This document shows, in pieces, positions 23,371 through 37,831 of a stretch of 64,000 bases of DNA (the first letter of the stretch is position 1; each line of letters opens with the position of its first letter). The stretch spans positions 4,550,944 through 4,614,943 of the forward strand of contig OZ316894.1 in the NCBI GenBank assembly GCA_973895155.1, in the 5' to 3' direction. The translations under genes were made by a program, and so were the position numbers. The notes beneath the pieces were generated by a model, which searched no databases, was not told the DNA's origin, and was given only the letters and a program-made list of their open reading frames with translations. This DNA is from Marsupella aquatica (taxonomy: Eukaryota; Plantae; Marchantiophyta).

Positions 23371-26300
23371 ATGGCGCCCGACTCGAAGGAGAACGGTGAA
23401 GTGGATCAGATGGACCACGACGCACAACCGCCACCTGCTGCCAAGGGACCGCCGCAAAAGGATGCGAAGCAGAAGAAGAAGGAGGATTTGAAAAAGGATG
23501 AGGATTTGGTAAGTTGAGAGTCAGTGGCGCGACATTGTGTGGCAATCTAGCCGTTTCAGATTTTTTGCCTGTGTCTATCAGGTTTCCTTTTTTAGGTCTT
23601 CTGGCTTGGTGCGGTGACGGTCGTCGTTAGGGCGATGCTTTCTCTTGAAATCTTGGCTTATGAGGTTTATGATACATGTCTGTGCAGTCGGAAGAGGATT
23701 TGGCTCTCAAGGAGCAGCTGGAGCTGTATGTCGAAAGAGCTCAGGATTCTGATCCAGGGGTGCAGAAGTTGGCTCTCGAAAGCATGAGGTTTGTCGACTT
23801 TGAATGGTTTTAAACCCTAATTCGGTTATGATTGAATGTTCTGTAAGAACTCTCAGAGTCTTTGGTAATTAACGCATAAACCCAGAGGTAAAGATTTCGA
23901 GCTGCAGAACGAATTGTAGCACATTCAGCTGTGGAGGGTAGCGTCACTCGACAGAACTTGCAATGGGAACTAGGGCACAGCTGAAATGATTTCCTCGAGA
24001 GATGATAGTGCTTTTCGAAGCCTGGTATCACTAGGTTATGTATTCTGTCTGTCATTCGTGCTTCTTTCTCCCCACTTTTCAATTCTGACGATAAATTGCA
24101 ATTCCGTTGTGTCAATCATCGTTGCCAGGCAAGAGATTCGAACAGCGACGAGTTCCATGACCTCCGTCCCAAAGCCTCTAAAATTTTTACGACCACATTA
24201 TAAGACGCTGAAAGCTCACTACGAGATAATGACCAATACCGAATTGAAGGTATGATCATGAAGATGTTCATGTTTGTATTGCCCGTTGGTTCGCCGATTG
24301 CAAAATTATTTTATTTTCGTTCAGTTATATCCATTTCTCCAATTGACACATCTCTCTGTTTCGTTTGGCAGACATTCCTCGCTGATATTATATCGGTGTT
24401 AGCATTGACGATGTCCGAGGAGAGTGAGAGGGTAACACAGTCCTGAACTTTATCGTTTGATCGTCACTAAGTGAAGATGTTTAGTGATTACTGATGCAAA
24501 CGAACAAGTAAACTTGATTGCTCGTGTTTTTATGAATACATCATACATTAAAATGTAAAAATCGATCCTAACCGATAAGCGTTGTCAATATGGTGAGCAG
24601 GAAAGTTTAAAGTTCAGGTTGCTCGGGTCTGTCGGGGACATTGGCTCTTGGGGCCATGAATATGTTCGGTAAGGCTCAAAGATGGGCATACTTAATGGTG
24701 CATCAAACCAGGCCATTTTCCTGTACAACAATTGCTAATTATGCCAGTATCCATTTCTAGTATGTCGAATAGCTCTATGTACTGTATTGTGTTCATTGGC
24801 TCCTGGGAGATACGGCGTCGTGTTTAGGTTTGTATAAAATATATTCAATTGTTGTCAGTTGATGATCTTCATTGCCAGGACAGTCGTAATGGTTTCCACA
24901 CTAATTGGGCGGTTTTAGTTTGTTGTCACTCAAAATTTAGTTGGTGATTTTTCAGGAACTTGGCTGGAGAGATTGGTCTGGAATTCCAAAAGCGTCAGGT
25001 AGGGTTTAGATGTGGCACGGTTTGGTGCGTTTTGACTGCAATGTTAGAAGAAGAAGCCTTCTGTTGTGCTTAGACTTCGAATATGTCTACACCAGCTTTT
25101 CTTCAGTTTGTCCTTTCATGTCTTTCGCGAGGAAGACATTTTCTCCTCTCAACCCAGTTTGAATGACAAAAAAAACGAATCCCACTATGCCCTTATGTGC
25201 AGAACTAGGTCGGTATATTCACAGTGAGTATGCTAGGTTAGTTAACTCCAAACTTTCCAATTTCTTTGTTCGCATCTTTCCTGATGTGTAAGGTTTCTTG
25301 CAGCTGGAGGAGGCATCGATCGATGATCTCATGGATCTCGTCAAGCAGATTGTGCCTTTCCATGTCAAGCACAATGCTGAACCAGAAGCTGTAGACCTAC
25401 TAATGGAGGTATATAATAGATTGAGATTCTGATGCGTTCAGATAGGATGTTTTATTCAGTACTTGATTTTCTCGGAACAGCGTTCCCCCGAAGTAATTTT
25501 AACCAATGCGTGTATTTGTTTTTAGGTTGAAAGTCTTGAATTGTTGATTGGGCACATTGACAAGGCTAACTACAAGCGGACCTGCTCATACTTGACAAGC
25601 TTTGCAAGGTTTGTTGTCAACGATTGATTTTCCTTGATTATGGATTTGATGTCATTCAACTTCTGATAAAAATGAACGAGAGGGGCGCACACGGCTTCTT
25701 GTTAAGTCAACGTTGTTTTTATCGATGTCTTTCAGTTACATGCCGGAGCCAGATGACAAGCTCGTGCTTGATGTAGCTTACCAAATCTACAAAAAGTTTG
25801 GGAAGTACCCTGAAGCAATAAGGGTAGCACTTCGCATGGACAACACAGAGGTAGGGTAGATTCCTTTAGAGTTTTTGTGTTTCAGCTTGGGCCTTTTTAG
25901 GAATCTTGTTTACTCTGTTTTGATTGTCACTTTACTAGGAATAGTTATGTTGCTTCTATCTAGTTGATCGCTAGGGCTAACCACAGAAGTATATCTAACA
26001 ATATGAGAGAGTGATGATTACAGTATGTGAAGTCCACTTTCGAAGACTGCCCAGATTTTCTGGAAAAGCAACAGCTATGTTACATTTTGGCACGACAGGT
26101 ACGTGAATCACAGTTTACAATTGCTGTCATACTTGCTGTTGAAATGACTTTGATTTCGTTGGTCAAGGCCATTCTTGTTTTGTGACCCTCGTTACTGTAG
26201 TCAACTGTTGTGGTATCCACTGTTTACGTAGCTGGCGTTTTAAAGTGGCACGTCTAATTTTTTCTGGCAACTTACTCGTTACTGATCTTTGTCAACAGGG

Positions 26301-29300
26301 TGTGTCCCTCGATTTGGACGATGGTAAATTGTGCACAGAAGAGCAGAAAGACCTTTTGCAAGAAATCATAAGTAACAGCAAGCTGAGTGAGGGTTATCTT
26401 ACTCTAGCACGTGACCTGGATGTGATGGAACCGAAAACTCCGGATGACATATACAAGGTATGAAAAACAAAGCTACAGGCCGTAAAGTGTTGTAACAGAC
26501 TTTCTTGGTTTACAAACCTTATATTAAACCTCAGAACTGTAGCGAAAGGTCTGCTCAATTTGGTTTAGGTGAAGTCCTATTAGATGGAAGTGTCTACCCT
26601 ATTTAGTTAACAGATCTTTTGAGTGCAGAAAGGCTTGTTTGTACTTTCGTGTGAAATTGTTTTGAGTGCATCGAGGCGTTTTGTTTTCTATTTAGTGGGA
26701 CCTTGACTTAAATGCTCCGTGCAGGCCCATCTTGTCGATGGACGAGCAAGTTCGGTCGCAAGTGTGGATTCTGCCCGCCAAAATCTAGCGGCTACATTTG
26801 TGAACGCATTTGTGAATGCAGGGTTTGGCCATGTACGTTACCCATCTCAGAGAACTTAGACTTAGGGATGTGAGGAAAGCTTTTGGAATACGTATGGAGT
26901 GCCATGTCTGAGCTTTCTTGTTAGTATCAGTTGTGGTTGATGTCCACACATGCTAGGCAGAGGTGAATGTGTATTGTATATGGGCATTTCATTGAACCTA
27001 GTGGTGCTTATGCTTGTATTAATCGGACGGGAAGACATCTGTATCATTTACAACTAGAGAATCTGATCAGAACTACTCAAAAACCTGTTGCTGAGCTGTT
27101 TCATGAGTTTCTGAAAGTGCGTGATTTTTTGGGCAGGACAAGTTGATGACAGCGCCATCGGTTGAATCATCAACCGGCAGCAGCTCCGGGAATTGGCTAT
27201 TTAAAAATAAGGAGCATGGTAAAGCCAGTGCTGCAGCAAGTCTGGTAAGTATCTCATGTTGGATATGTTAAGCCAGCCATGTGCACGATTTGGGAACCTT
27301 TTTGGACAAGATAGATTGAAAGCATCTTCTAATAGATACTAAATCGTTTTATTACTTAGGCCAATCTTGAATATCAATGGGATTTTACCTCGAAGATAGA
27401 ATCATACTTTTTCCTGATCTCCAAGTACTTCTGTGTTATGTTTAAGTCATGAATGATACCCAGCTCCTTATGAAAGCGTTGATGGGTGAATTGACACTTC
27501 TCTCAACTTACTCTTTGCGAGCAGCAAGGGCACTAACTTCGACTTCCGTTTGCAGGGCCTCATTGTTTTGTGGGATGTTGATGGTGGGTTACCTCAAGTT
27601 GACAAATACCTCTACAGCAATGACAATCATGTTATTGCCGGTGCCCTCTTAGCTGTTGGAGTGGTCAATTGCGGTGTTCGAAATGAGTGTGATCCGGTAT
27701 GAAACGTTTTATTTTATAGTGTGTTGCTAATGGTCGAGCTTCTTTCCAAACAATGCTTGCAACTTATCTAAAACTCCTGTAAGTTTGCTGTCTTATATAA
27801 TTGGTGAAATGCAGGCTTATGCACTACTATATGAATCTACAACAAAGGAAGACTCCACAATTCGAATTGGTGCAATTATGGGACTTGGACTAGCTTATGC
27901 AGGCTCTCAAAAGGAAGAGGTTTGTTTTGGTTTTTGTTTCTGTTCAGTCCTTTGTCGAAAAGCCCTATGAACTTCACAGTTTGAAACATTTTACAGGAGT
28001 TTTAACTTTTGAGCCCTCGTCATGGTTTTCACATCAACATGTGGTCCTGGGCATGATGTGATGTAGTGCAGCACTGTATTCAATTGTTTTGTGTCCCGGG
28101 TGGAGTTGAATGACTTAGGTGGTTCGCTATATTTTCTGATTTGTGGTAGGGGTTTTGGAGACTATGTTTCTGAGATACATATATTTTCTGTCGTTGTATT
28201 ATAGGTTTTGGAGCTGTTAACTCCAATCCTAACAGATTCTAAGGTTGGCATTGATGTTGCTGGATTTGCGGCCATATCATTGGGACTTGTCTATGTGGGT
28301 TCTTGTCATGAGGAAGTTGCCCAATCGATATTACATGCTTTGATGGAGAGGAGTGAGGCTGAGCTTGGAGAGCCCATGGGTCGCTTCCTTTGTCATGGCC
28401 TTGGACTTTTGTATCTTGGCAAGCAGGTAGAGCATCGCTTTCATTATCTTGTCTTGAGTATATAACGGCAGCTGCCTTGAACCTTTATTCTGATGATTGT
28501 TTGTTTAAATCGTATAATTCATCTCGACGGTTTATTGCTGTTAATAGCAATATTTTCTCAACTCTACCTTTTTGTTCGCTGGTACCATAATGGATTTCAT
28601 GGCTGCAATGAAGATCAGTGAGATTCAAATAGCAACTTTAGCTCGTTACATGCCAGTGAAGCCTCACCTAATTTTTGCCCTAGATGTTAGTTCTGTTTTC
28701 TTTTAGTTGCATTTGTAGGCCGTAATATCGTGGAGCCTCGTATTGTCTGAAGTTAATTCTAGAGCAATTGAAAATGGGATTCCGATATCTTGAGGGACTG
28801 ATTGCTTATTGTCTGGAGCAGGAAGCTGTTGACGCAACAATGGAAGTGGCCAAGACTTTAAATCCGAAGATTTCGCAGTATCTGCAGGTTACGTTGGACT
28901 CATGTGCATATGCCGGTTCAGGCAATGTGCTCAAGGTACATTTTTTGGTACCTGTTTTTGGTTAAATATAGAATTTCATCGCAGTCTCTGTCTTGGTTTT
29001 TCTCTTTGACATGCTGTAAGACGGGAGTTTTTCCTTTTGCATCTGACTTTCTTGTCACAGTTGATAATTAGTCACGATGTGAACTGAATGTCTCACTGCC
29101 AGTTATTTACTGAGAAGTTTCCTTTCAACCTGGAATAAATTAAGGGACACAAATGAAGAACCCAGCCAAAGTTGGATTCGTTTAATTTCAAGAATTGGAT
29201 CAGACTTGGAAACTTGGGTGTTGAATTCTTCACATTTACCCTAAAAGCCTAATAGTATAAAAAAATTGAGACAATAATGATCGGCAACTTAAATCATCCA

Positions 29301-32300
29301 GGTCTTGGAGTTGGAGTGATTGAAATGAAAGGACTCAAGGTTCATCATGACTAGACGAGCTACACTATTTAGAGCTCGTGCATTAGACAACAAGGCCACC
29401 CTAGGCGCCAAACCAAGCAATGCGTCCTTCTCCTGCAGACCTCAAGTCCAGTAATGCAGTCGCTCATTCAAGAGTTTCTTGAAAAAAAAGAAAATATGAA
29501 ACACATATCAAAAGAAGATCCTTTGACCTTGATTTTATAGACTACCCTTACATGTAAAGCTTATCTACCCCAACCTTTTCACGTAACACTGGCAGGTTAA
29601 ATCAAGGGCTGCTAGACAGGCACAGGAGTGGAAATATGTTGAAGTTGAAAACCTGGTTATTCCAGGAAGATGGGAACCTGGAGTTTGTCAGTTCCGTTGC
29701 ACCTTTTGCAATAAAACAATTTTAGGAGGATTGAAAAGATTACGGCATCATCTGGGTGATGTACCTGGTGCAGATGTGTCTGGTTGCAAATCAGCTCCTC
29801 CTCATGTGAAAGATGCAGTTAGGAAAGTATTAGCCAAATCTAGTAGTTCCCTCCCACTTATACATCCAAAGGTTAGTGCCTTCCAAATCTGGTTTTCCCT
29901 ATACCCAAAGGGTCCTTCTGCACCATCTCCATTTCGTCCATAAACCTTTGAAACGGTTGTACATGATTTCCAAAATATTGCTGTTATGATCATGTGGGGA
30001 TGTATTACCATTCATCGGGTAATGATCTCCTCGTTTTCAGTGGTCAATACCTTCGGAGTCAACGAACACTGAGATGTCCAGAGTTAGATCGGTCTGATAC
30101 TCGATCCAACAATTGAGTCCCTGGTAATTTTGTGGGTCAAGATTTGGCAACCACAGCGCCGTGGTTTTATCGGGAGCCGGGGTGGTAAACCTATAAACAG
30201 TGAATTGCATCGTCTCTCTCTACGTTCTATAACTGGTACACCGACCCTTATAAGATTTGACCAGAGAGAGACATTTAAATCTTGTGGAAAGAATTAATGG
30301 AACTCAGGCACATTGCTCTCTTAATCTAGAGTAGGAGAGATTCCAAAAATTCATTTCAAGAGAAATTGACGCCAAGGAATACTAGGACAGAAGAAGTCTT
30401 TACTGGCACATGTCGTGGGGGCCCGGGGCTGTTTCCTCTCTGGTATGGGAAGTTGCTGTCAATATTGGAAGGCTAGTACAGATTCTCATTGTGCTGGTTG
30501 TATGTCAACAGGTACAGCGCTTGCTCGGTTTATGCGCAGATCACCTAGAAAAAGGGGAGAGTCATCAAGCTCCTGCTGTTCTAGGTATTGCTCTGGTGGC
30601 TATGGCGGAGGAGCTTGGCTTGGACATGGCCATTCGCTCATTAGAGCACCTGTTGCAATATGGCGAACAGAATATTAGGCGAGCAGTTCCTTTGGCTCTT
30701 GGCATTCTATCTATATCTAATCCAAAGGTGAGATTCCCATCTCTTCAGCTCAGACGAAGGTATCTTCTCTTTACCTGTCGTTAGAATCGGTTCTTTTGTC
30801 GGTAGTTTGCGATTACAGATGCAGGTTGGGCGTTGAGATTGCTTTTTACTGCTGTTTCAGTCTCCTGTTTTTGCGTTAGTTTTGCGACAGAACTGAGAAG
30901 TAAATTTGACACTGCAGTTATGCTTGTTCGTTTTTGCAGATAACTGTGATGGACACCCTTAGCCGACTTAGCCATGACAGTGATTCAGAAGTGGCCATGG
31001 TAAAGTTCACTCAAAGCTGAAGACTAATTCTTTTGCCGTGTCTACTAGCAGTAAACTCTAATTGGCGGCACTGAGAATATTTTATTCCATAGGAGTCATT
31101 ATGGTGCCGGATTCATCTTAGCAAGCTTGCTCTCTATAACCTTTCTAACTTTTGTTTGTCTTCGAGTCAGAAGTTTTTCGTTTACGTCATCGCATGCGTT
31201 GGCTCGCCTGCATATATCTTCTTTTCTGGACATACCTGAGACTAGATTGCTTTGGAATTTAAGGTTTCTTTGAGTGGGACACTTTTGGTAATGGTTTTTA
31301 TCTTCATGTACAGGCTGCCACAATGTCTCTTGGTTTAATTGGAGCTGGAACCAACAACGCCCGTATTGCTGGCATGCTTAGGAATTTGTCCAGTTACTAC
31401 TACAAGGAACCGAGCCTTCTATTTTGTGTATGGTCCCTTGGATTTATCCCTGTACTTCAAATTTTACGCATTCAAGTACTCGTTTATCCATTTGTTGCCT
31501 CTTACAGGTTCAGGGATGTCAGCTACTCGATCCCTTACAGTTGTGTGTGATGTACTTACGTACAATATTCAGCTTTTGTGGCTCCCTCCTGGGGTTCCTG
31601 ACAGGATTGTGTGAAATTTGAATGCAGGTTAGGATTGCCCAAGGGCTGGTGCATATGGGAAAGGGATTGCTCTCCCTGAATCCGTACCATTCTGACAGAT
31701 TTTTACTATCAAAGTACGTCTCTACCATAGATGTTCCCTAGTTATATTCGTAAATGTTCAGATTCTCTGTGATAAATAGCTGGTGGATGTAAGTCCTAAG
31801 CTTTTGCGACCTTCAGTATCACACGTAGATTGTGGGGACCTCTCCCTTAATTTGAACCGCTCTGGCGTTTGTGGTGCAGTGTTGCCCTGGCAGGGCTTAT
31901 GACCTTCTTACTTGGATGCCTGGACATGAAAGCTATCATTCTCGGGAAGTACCACTATGTGTTGTATTACCTCGTTATGGCCATGCAGGTTGGTAGCATC
32001 TGAATCAAGTTACGGTTATTAAAAGTGTGTAGTCTCTAGAATCAGATACAGGTTGGAAGAATGGTAGTTTGACATACAGCTACCTGTGGGACATTGGACT
32101 GTGTTTTGTCCTCCGTTTTTGTAGACTCTTATTTCAGATTGTGGCGTTGAGTGTATTCCATCATTCCTCCAATAGGTGGTACCTTAGATAATTGATGTTC
32201 TGTAATGTTTTAGTAACTAAAGAGTATATTGTCGAGCAATTCTATTTTGATCATTTGTGGAGAATAGCGCATATATTCCTGACGACTTGCTGAGTAGGCA

Positions 32301-32766
32301 GTCTGGAAAGGAACTAACTTATTGCTTGCCTGCAGCCACGGATGCTCATAACTCTTGATGAGAACTTAAAGCCTTTGTCGGTGCCAGTACGAGTGGGCCA
32401 GGCTGTCGATGTCGTGGGTCAAGCAGGTCGGCCCAAGACCATCACTGGTTTCCAGACCCATACAACTCCTGTTCTTCTAGCAACTGGTGATAGAGCCGAG
32501 CTAGCGACAGAGAAGTAAGTTGACTCCCTTCACCTCGTTAACCTCTGGAAGTGCAATGATTTATTCAGTATGAGGCTGTTTATTTCTGATTCCTATTGTA
32601 ATGAATGATTGGGAACGCATTATTCATTATAGCGGATGCTGAGTCGGCTTTGACATTAAGGCGTGTTGTTGCTGATTGCAGATACCTACCACTGTCATCT
32701 GTACTAGAGGGATTTGTTATTCTAAAGCCAAATCCTGACTATCAACACGATCATCTGAGCAGTTAA
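23371..32766 (+). CDS. RPN1: 26S proteasome regulatory subunit RPN1 (PSMD2). 24 exons: 23371-23508, 23688-23788, 24129-24249, 24372-24431, 24601-24668, 24956-24998, 25304-25408, 25526-25608, 25736-25850, 26024-26098, 26299-26457, 26725-26832, 27137-27244, 27556-27696, 27815-27919, 28205-28426, 28822-28935, 30512-30727, 30940-30999, 31314-31427, 31628-31713, 31880-31988, 32336-32514, 32682-32766
   Basis: Motifs [127 protein letters not shown] and LEGFVIL. All junctions are GT-AG with consistent phase. Confidence 0.96.
29596..29871 (+). other. BED zinc-finger exon-like segment (hAT-transposase type) inside RPN1 intron 17
   Basis: 92 stop-free codons: [17 protein letters not shown]...[49 protein letters not shown]...HPK, i.e. 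W-x-Y, CxxC, RLxxHL...C. Bounded by CAG| and |GTTAGT. Confidence 0.75.
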
Positions 32767-34093
32767 GAGGCAGGGCAAGTTTTCTACTGCGATGTCGAGA
32801 AATAAAGATTACTAGTTCCAATCTTGCACCTTTAACACCCCTATCACACTGGGCTTGTGGTCGAAATTCACACCATTTGCTCGAGCAGCTGGTCATGGTA
32901 CAAGTCGCATGCTTCAGCACGATAAACATGGGGCAGCTTAAATTAGGATTGAGAAGTAGAGCAGTCTGCCTATCAGTAGTGCTAACCAGAGCTGATTGGC
33001 ATCTGCGATTACGCACCACAATATCTGTTGCCAGCCCACTGGAAAAGAAAGTCCGGACCAAGGAGTTTCAAGGCTCCCAAATGTTTCTTTTCACTAGGAG
33101 CATCAGGTGTGGTCATTTCCAATGAAGTGGGATCTCTAACAGAGTTGGGGGTTTCTGAGCCTACTTGTGATGAAGGGAAACATGGGAAAACCTCAGTCAT
33201 GTGTCTTGCACTGGTCTGTGGATTAATTGTCACACCATTTAGGCTTCGTACAATGATCTGATCACAAGTCTTGAGGATATCTATCCTTAATTGGCTGGAA
33301 AATGTTTCTCATGTCTTGTGGCGTGTCAGATTATGTGTAATTTACTTTATAGCACAAAAGAATTATCGATTCTTGCCTACAGGTGGTCCAGGCAGTTGTA
33401 GTTGTCTCTGGCAGCTTTTGCTGAGCCTTCTTTTACTCCCACTCTTAAATCAGTGTGGCTTGTTTGATTCTACTTCAGTTAATTGTTCGAGTTAATGTAC
33501 AAGATATTGTTGGTAGTGCAACATGAACACCTAAGCCTGTTTTCAGTTGTTTGCCGGATACAACCCTACCAAATAAGAAGCACCACAGAACTTGAGGTGA
33601 TTTTATAGGTCTTAGACATTTTTCCTGACGGGTTCATGGCTTGCTCTCCCAGAGCAGCAAATAGACCATTAAAATAACGAAGGCACCACAGACCACAATA
33701 CTCTAGGAAAAGCTTGCCATACAGGTCTCCATGCACCATCCTGGTCGGTTTTCATGTTGCAAAACTTGGCTAAATGACAGAAATTTGACCTAAATCACCC
33801 TCAAAAAATTGCAAGTAGTCAGTGCTGCTCTTCTCTGGACCAAAAAGCCATTTCTAAGAGAAAACACTATTTGACAGCTTGATGTCTGTGGGTATTTTGA
33901 AGTTAGTGGGGAGCTACTCAATGGGGAGGTTGCAGTCCCTACCGGAGAAGAAATGAGCAAAAATAGTGCCTGATTGTGCAGCTGAAATTTGGAAACATTT
34001 GAGTGTTTGGGGCTGTGACTTCAGGGGAAAGGAGTGTGGGCATAGGCAGGGAGAGGTCAGTGTCAATGGGGAGCCCCTGAGTCTCCCTCCCTC

Positions 34094-34285
34094 CCAAACA
34101 TAAATGAGCAAAAAGAATCATGGGCAAAATTGAATGAAGATCAAATAGGAAACAAATCAAAAACGTCAAAAAAGTAGTCTACTATATGTCCCTCACGCCC
34201 AAACATAAATGAGCAAAAAGAATCACGAGCAAAAATGAATCAAAAACAAATTGAAAACGTCAGAAACTCAATCTGCTATATGTGC
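34094..34285. repeat. Tandem duplication, ~105-bp period, 2 copies
   Basis: CCAAACATAAATGAGCAAAAAGAATCA...AAAACGTCA...CTATATGT occurs twice. Confidence 0.8.
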
Positions 34286-37200
34286 AGCCAAAATAGTGTA
34301 TCAACATGTAGTCATCCTCAATTAGTTTGTGGACCCCTACCTTAATGTTTGTGAGGAACCGTCTTAAGCATAATAAACCGTTTACAAGCGGTGATTTAGC
34401 AGATGAAAAAGCTTCATGCCATAAAATTTAATCAAAGAAAAGTAAAAAACTTTCACCCGTCACTTTTGATAGAATCTAAAACCTTTTGCTTGGATAGGAT
34501 TCCTAAGCTTCCATGGGACATATGAAAATGACGTGGATTTAGAGAAAAAAATGGTTGACTTTCATAGAATGGGCATTTTGGGATCCCATCCAACTTTAAG
34601 GCTTTGATGAAGATCCCATCAGAAGTTTTTCGAAGTTTGGACCCCTTGTAAGGTGCCTGAGGCGCAGGCATTTGCTGGGGTTTGATCTACCTTTTATATG
34701 ATGCCATAAAAAGATTTTACAGCCAGTTTCGTAGGGCCAGAGCACATGCCTCACTCGGTCAGGTTGAAGGTTCCTGGAAAACTCAGTTAGTACACATGCT
34801 GCTTTCAGTCAGGTTGACTGTTCCTGGAAAACTCAGTTATTTCAAACCCTTGGGTCCTACTTTTAGATGCTGCATGCCGGCCTACTTGTTTCCATTAGGT
34901 GATAAGAGAGTGACCCTCTGATTTTTCTAAGCACCTAGTCTTTCGTGTTTTAAGGGCTTTGGTGTACCCCACTTTGGGATGGGGGTTTGACTTATGAAGA
35001 TTTTAATTGGAAGATCACTTGGCACAATGAACTACTGCTGGGGCTATGTGCTGGGACAATCAATGTCCAGCAAACCCTGCTCTTATGTGGATCCGATCAC
35101 TCACCATAAATAGCATCCAGAAATGTGAAAACATACACCCTCATGTTTTCACTTTCTATGCACAATAGACGGCCCACAATAATGGGCAACACTACATGAG
35201 CTTCTCAACAATACTACCCTCTTCCTTCAAACACAATGCCATGGCCTCATATTCGAGTTTTGACTAAGTGGTTTCATTTTTTGTACTAGCAGGGAGTTGT
35301 TTTGAAAATGAGTGTTGTGTTTGAATATTAGCATTTTCATATGATTTATGAATCTACTGTTTGCTCAATATACAATAGTTTAGGGTCAAAACTCAAACAC
35401 AATACCAATATTTGAACACAATGCCTGGGCGTTGTGCTGAAAAGAGGTTGCATTAGAGTTCAAATGTGTTTTTTGGCACCAGACCCAACAAAATTCATTT
35501 TCAAATACATTATTATGTTTCATTAGAGTTCAAATGTGATTTTGTCATGAGCCCCCAAAAAATTCATTTTAGAACACAGCATAATAATGTCCTGGGGTCC
35601 TCATTTTTTTTCCAACCCATAGCACGCAAAGAAGTTAGGGGTTTTTTTTAATTCAGCTGTCCAGAAGACTCTAAAATTTTTGTTTAAAAACTATAGGGAT
35701 GTTTTACTCCAATTTTGAGAATTATAAAAACTATAGGGGATTTTTAATATCAATAATGTGAATATTGCTATAATGTTCCAAAAAGTTATGGATTAGAAAA
35801 TTCAAAAATATGCTTTATTTAAGTAAGTTTTAAGGTGTTCATTACTTGAAATCTTCGCAAGTGATATGAGAACTCCTTTGAAGTGAGGCCCCCTACCCAT
35901 GTTCCATTATTATGTTTTGGCTCTAACGTGCTCACGAGCTTGTGGTTCTACTGGACAATGAGGAAAGTACAAACACGGCCAAGTCAGTACAGTAGAAATA
36001 CAATGGAGACTGGAGTCTGTCACTATTTTTGGCTAAAGCCTGCAAGCTCAATTCTGACTCCTGGGAGGCAATCATGTCCGACGTGCTCACTTCATGCTAC
36101 TCCATGGAGAAGATGAAAGCCTGCAAGCACGGGGCACCACTGCAGTCCCGTTCACATCGGTCTGTCCACCCAAACCATTGAATGTGTCAGCACGTGAAAT
36201 GGATCTGTGACATCCAATTCACCAGATGAGCAGCACGAAAGGATAGTGGATCGGGTGGGCCTACCTCAGTTTGCTTTATGAAAGAGGATATGATGTTCTG
36301 ACAGATGGACAAACTTTGTTCTTGCGCAGTTGTTGCTCTTCTGTGGATAAACGTGATTCCATCAAAACTTTCCACTCCAACAGTTGATTCAATTTGTCTT
36401 TCTCTGTTTGCTTTTAGCCTCATGATCGAAGTCAAAGCCAAAATGCAGAGTTGTTTCATATCTCTTGGTTTCTGATAACTGTTGGAAGTGAACTAGAGAA
36501 CCAGAGAAGATCCCGTCCAACCTCATTGAGAAACAGTCACAGCCCTCCTACAGTAGGAGAAATTCTGTCCCCTCCAAGAAATTGTTCCATAAACGTCAAA
36601 CCATATTATCCGTAATCAAGCCCGGATCAACAACAAGGTGGCGTTGATGACAAGGGACGGACGAGAGGCACTCCTACTAAAAGCCTTCTGTAGGACTCCG
36701 TCAGAACCTATAATCATAAACACATCTTGTGAGACAGGTTGGTAAAGTTTAAGCAGGCATCGCCACTGTTCATGTTTGCAGCAAAGATAGGGTAATTAAT
36801 CCAGCACCTTTACTTAAGGCATGACACTTCACTGGAAGAAGAACTCCAGATCAAGTGGGCCCTCCATGGAGCAAAAGTATTGACATTAGTCGTGGGATTG
36901 GAGCTGGTAAGGATAGGCAAATGGTCCTCAATTCCAGTGACAGCAGCGCGTTACTGCCTGTCCCAGGCTGGCACTCTCATAACGATACCAAGCATTCTGT
37001 CAAACAAAGCTGGAGGCAAATCCCGGTGGTCGAGAGTTAGGTTATGGTGCACCATTCCTTTACAAACCAAGGGAACATTACTCCTCCCAGAAGTGAAGAT
37101 CGTGACCTCTCTAGTCGGAATGAATGAATCAATAACGTCAGAAAAACTAACGTCACAAGAGAGACTGCCACATTTGAGGCTCACCAAAGATGTAAGAGAT

Positions 37201-37831
37201 CCTTCATAACCTGGACACAAAGGGCTCATCTCAATTACATTAACAACCACGAAATTCCAAGGTCAAGCTTCCCATGTGATGCGTGGGGATCAAAGGACCA
37301 GACATAGGCACTGAATCTCTCAATTAAATTACACAAACCTGGGCATGTTACTGCAGAGTCAAAATGGTCTTTGTTTCCTATTTGTACTCCCATTCCCCCC
37401 AGCTCAAACCGCCTTCTTCCATTGAAACTATCTAAAACTAAACTCTATAGAACTTTAATGTGTATGGGAAACCTCTTGGAACTTGCGTCCGCCATCATGA
37501 TCCTGCCAGAACTCTAATCACTACACGGCGGAATCTTTAACACAATCTATTGCTGTAATTGACGTGCCTTGCCAGTGTGCTATACCTGCTAATTTCTGGT
37601 CCACATGGGTACACTTGGCTTGAGCCTGCAGAGACTTCCACGGCTGGAGGGAAAGCTAATGAATGTAGAACAGAGAGAAGTCGTCGAGTTGGAAGCATGA
37701 ACTCCTCCTAGTAGGTTAATAAATGAGATTAATGATACACATGTACACACAACCATACCTGGTTCCACCAATCACCACCACCGTCAACATATCATTGTCC
37801 AAAAGAGAGTAACAACCTCAGCCTTTTGGTA

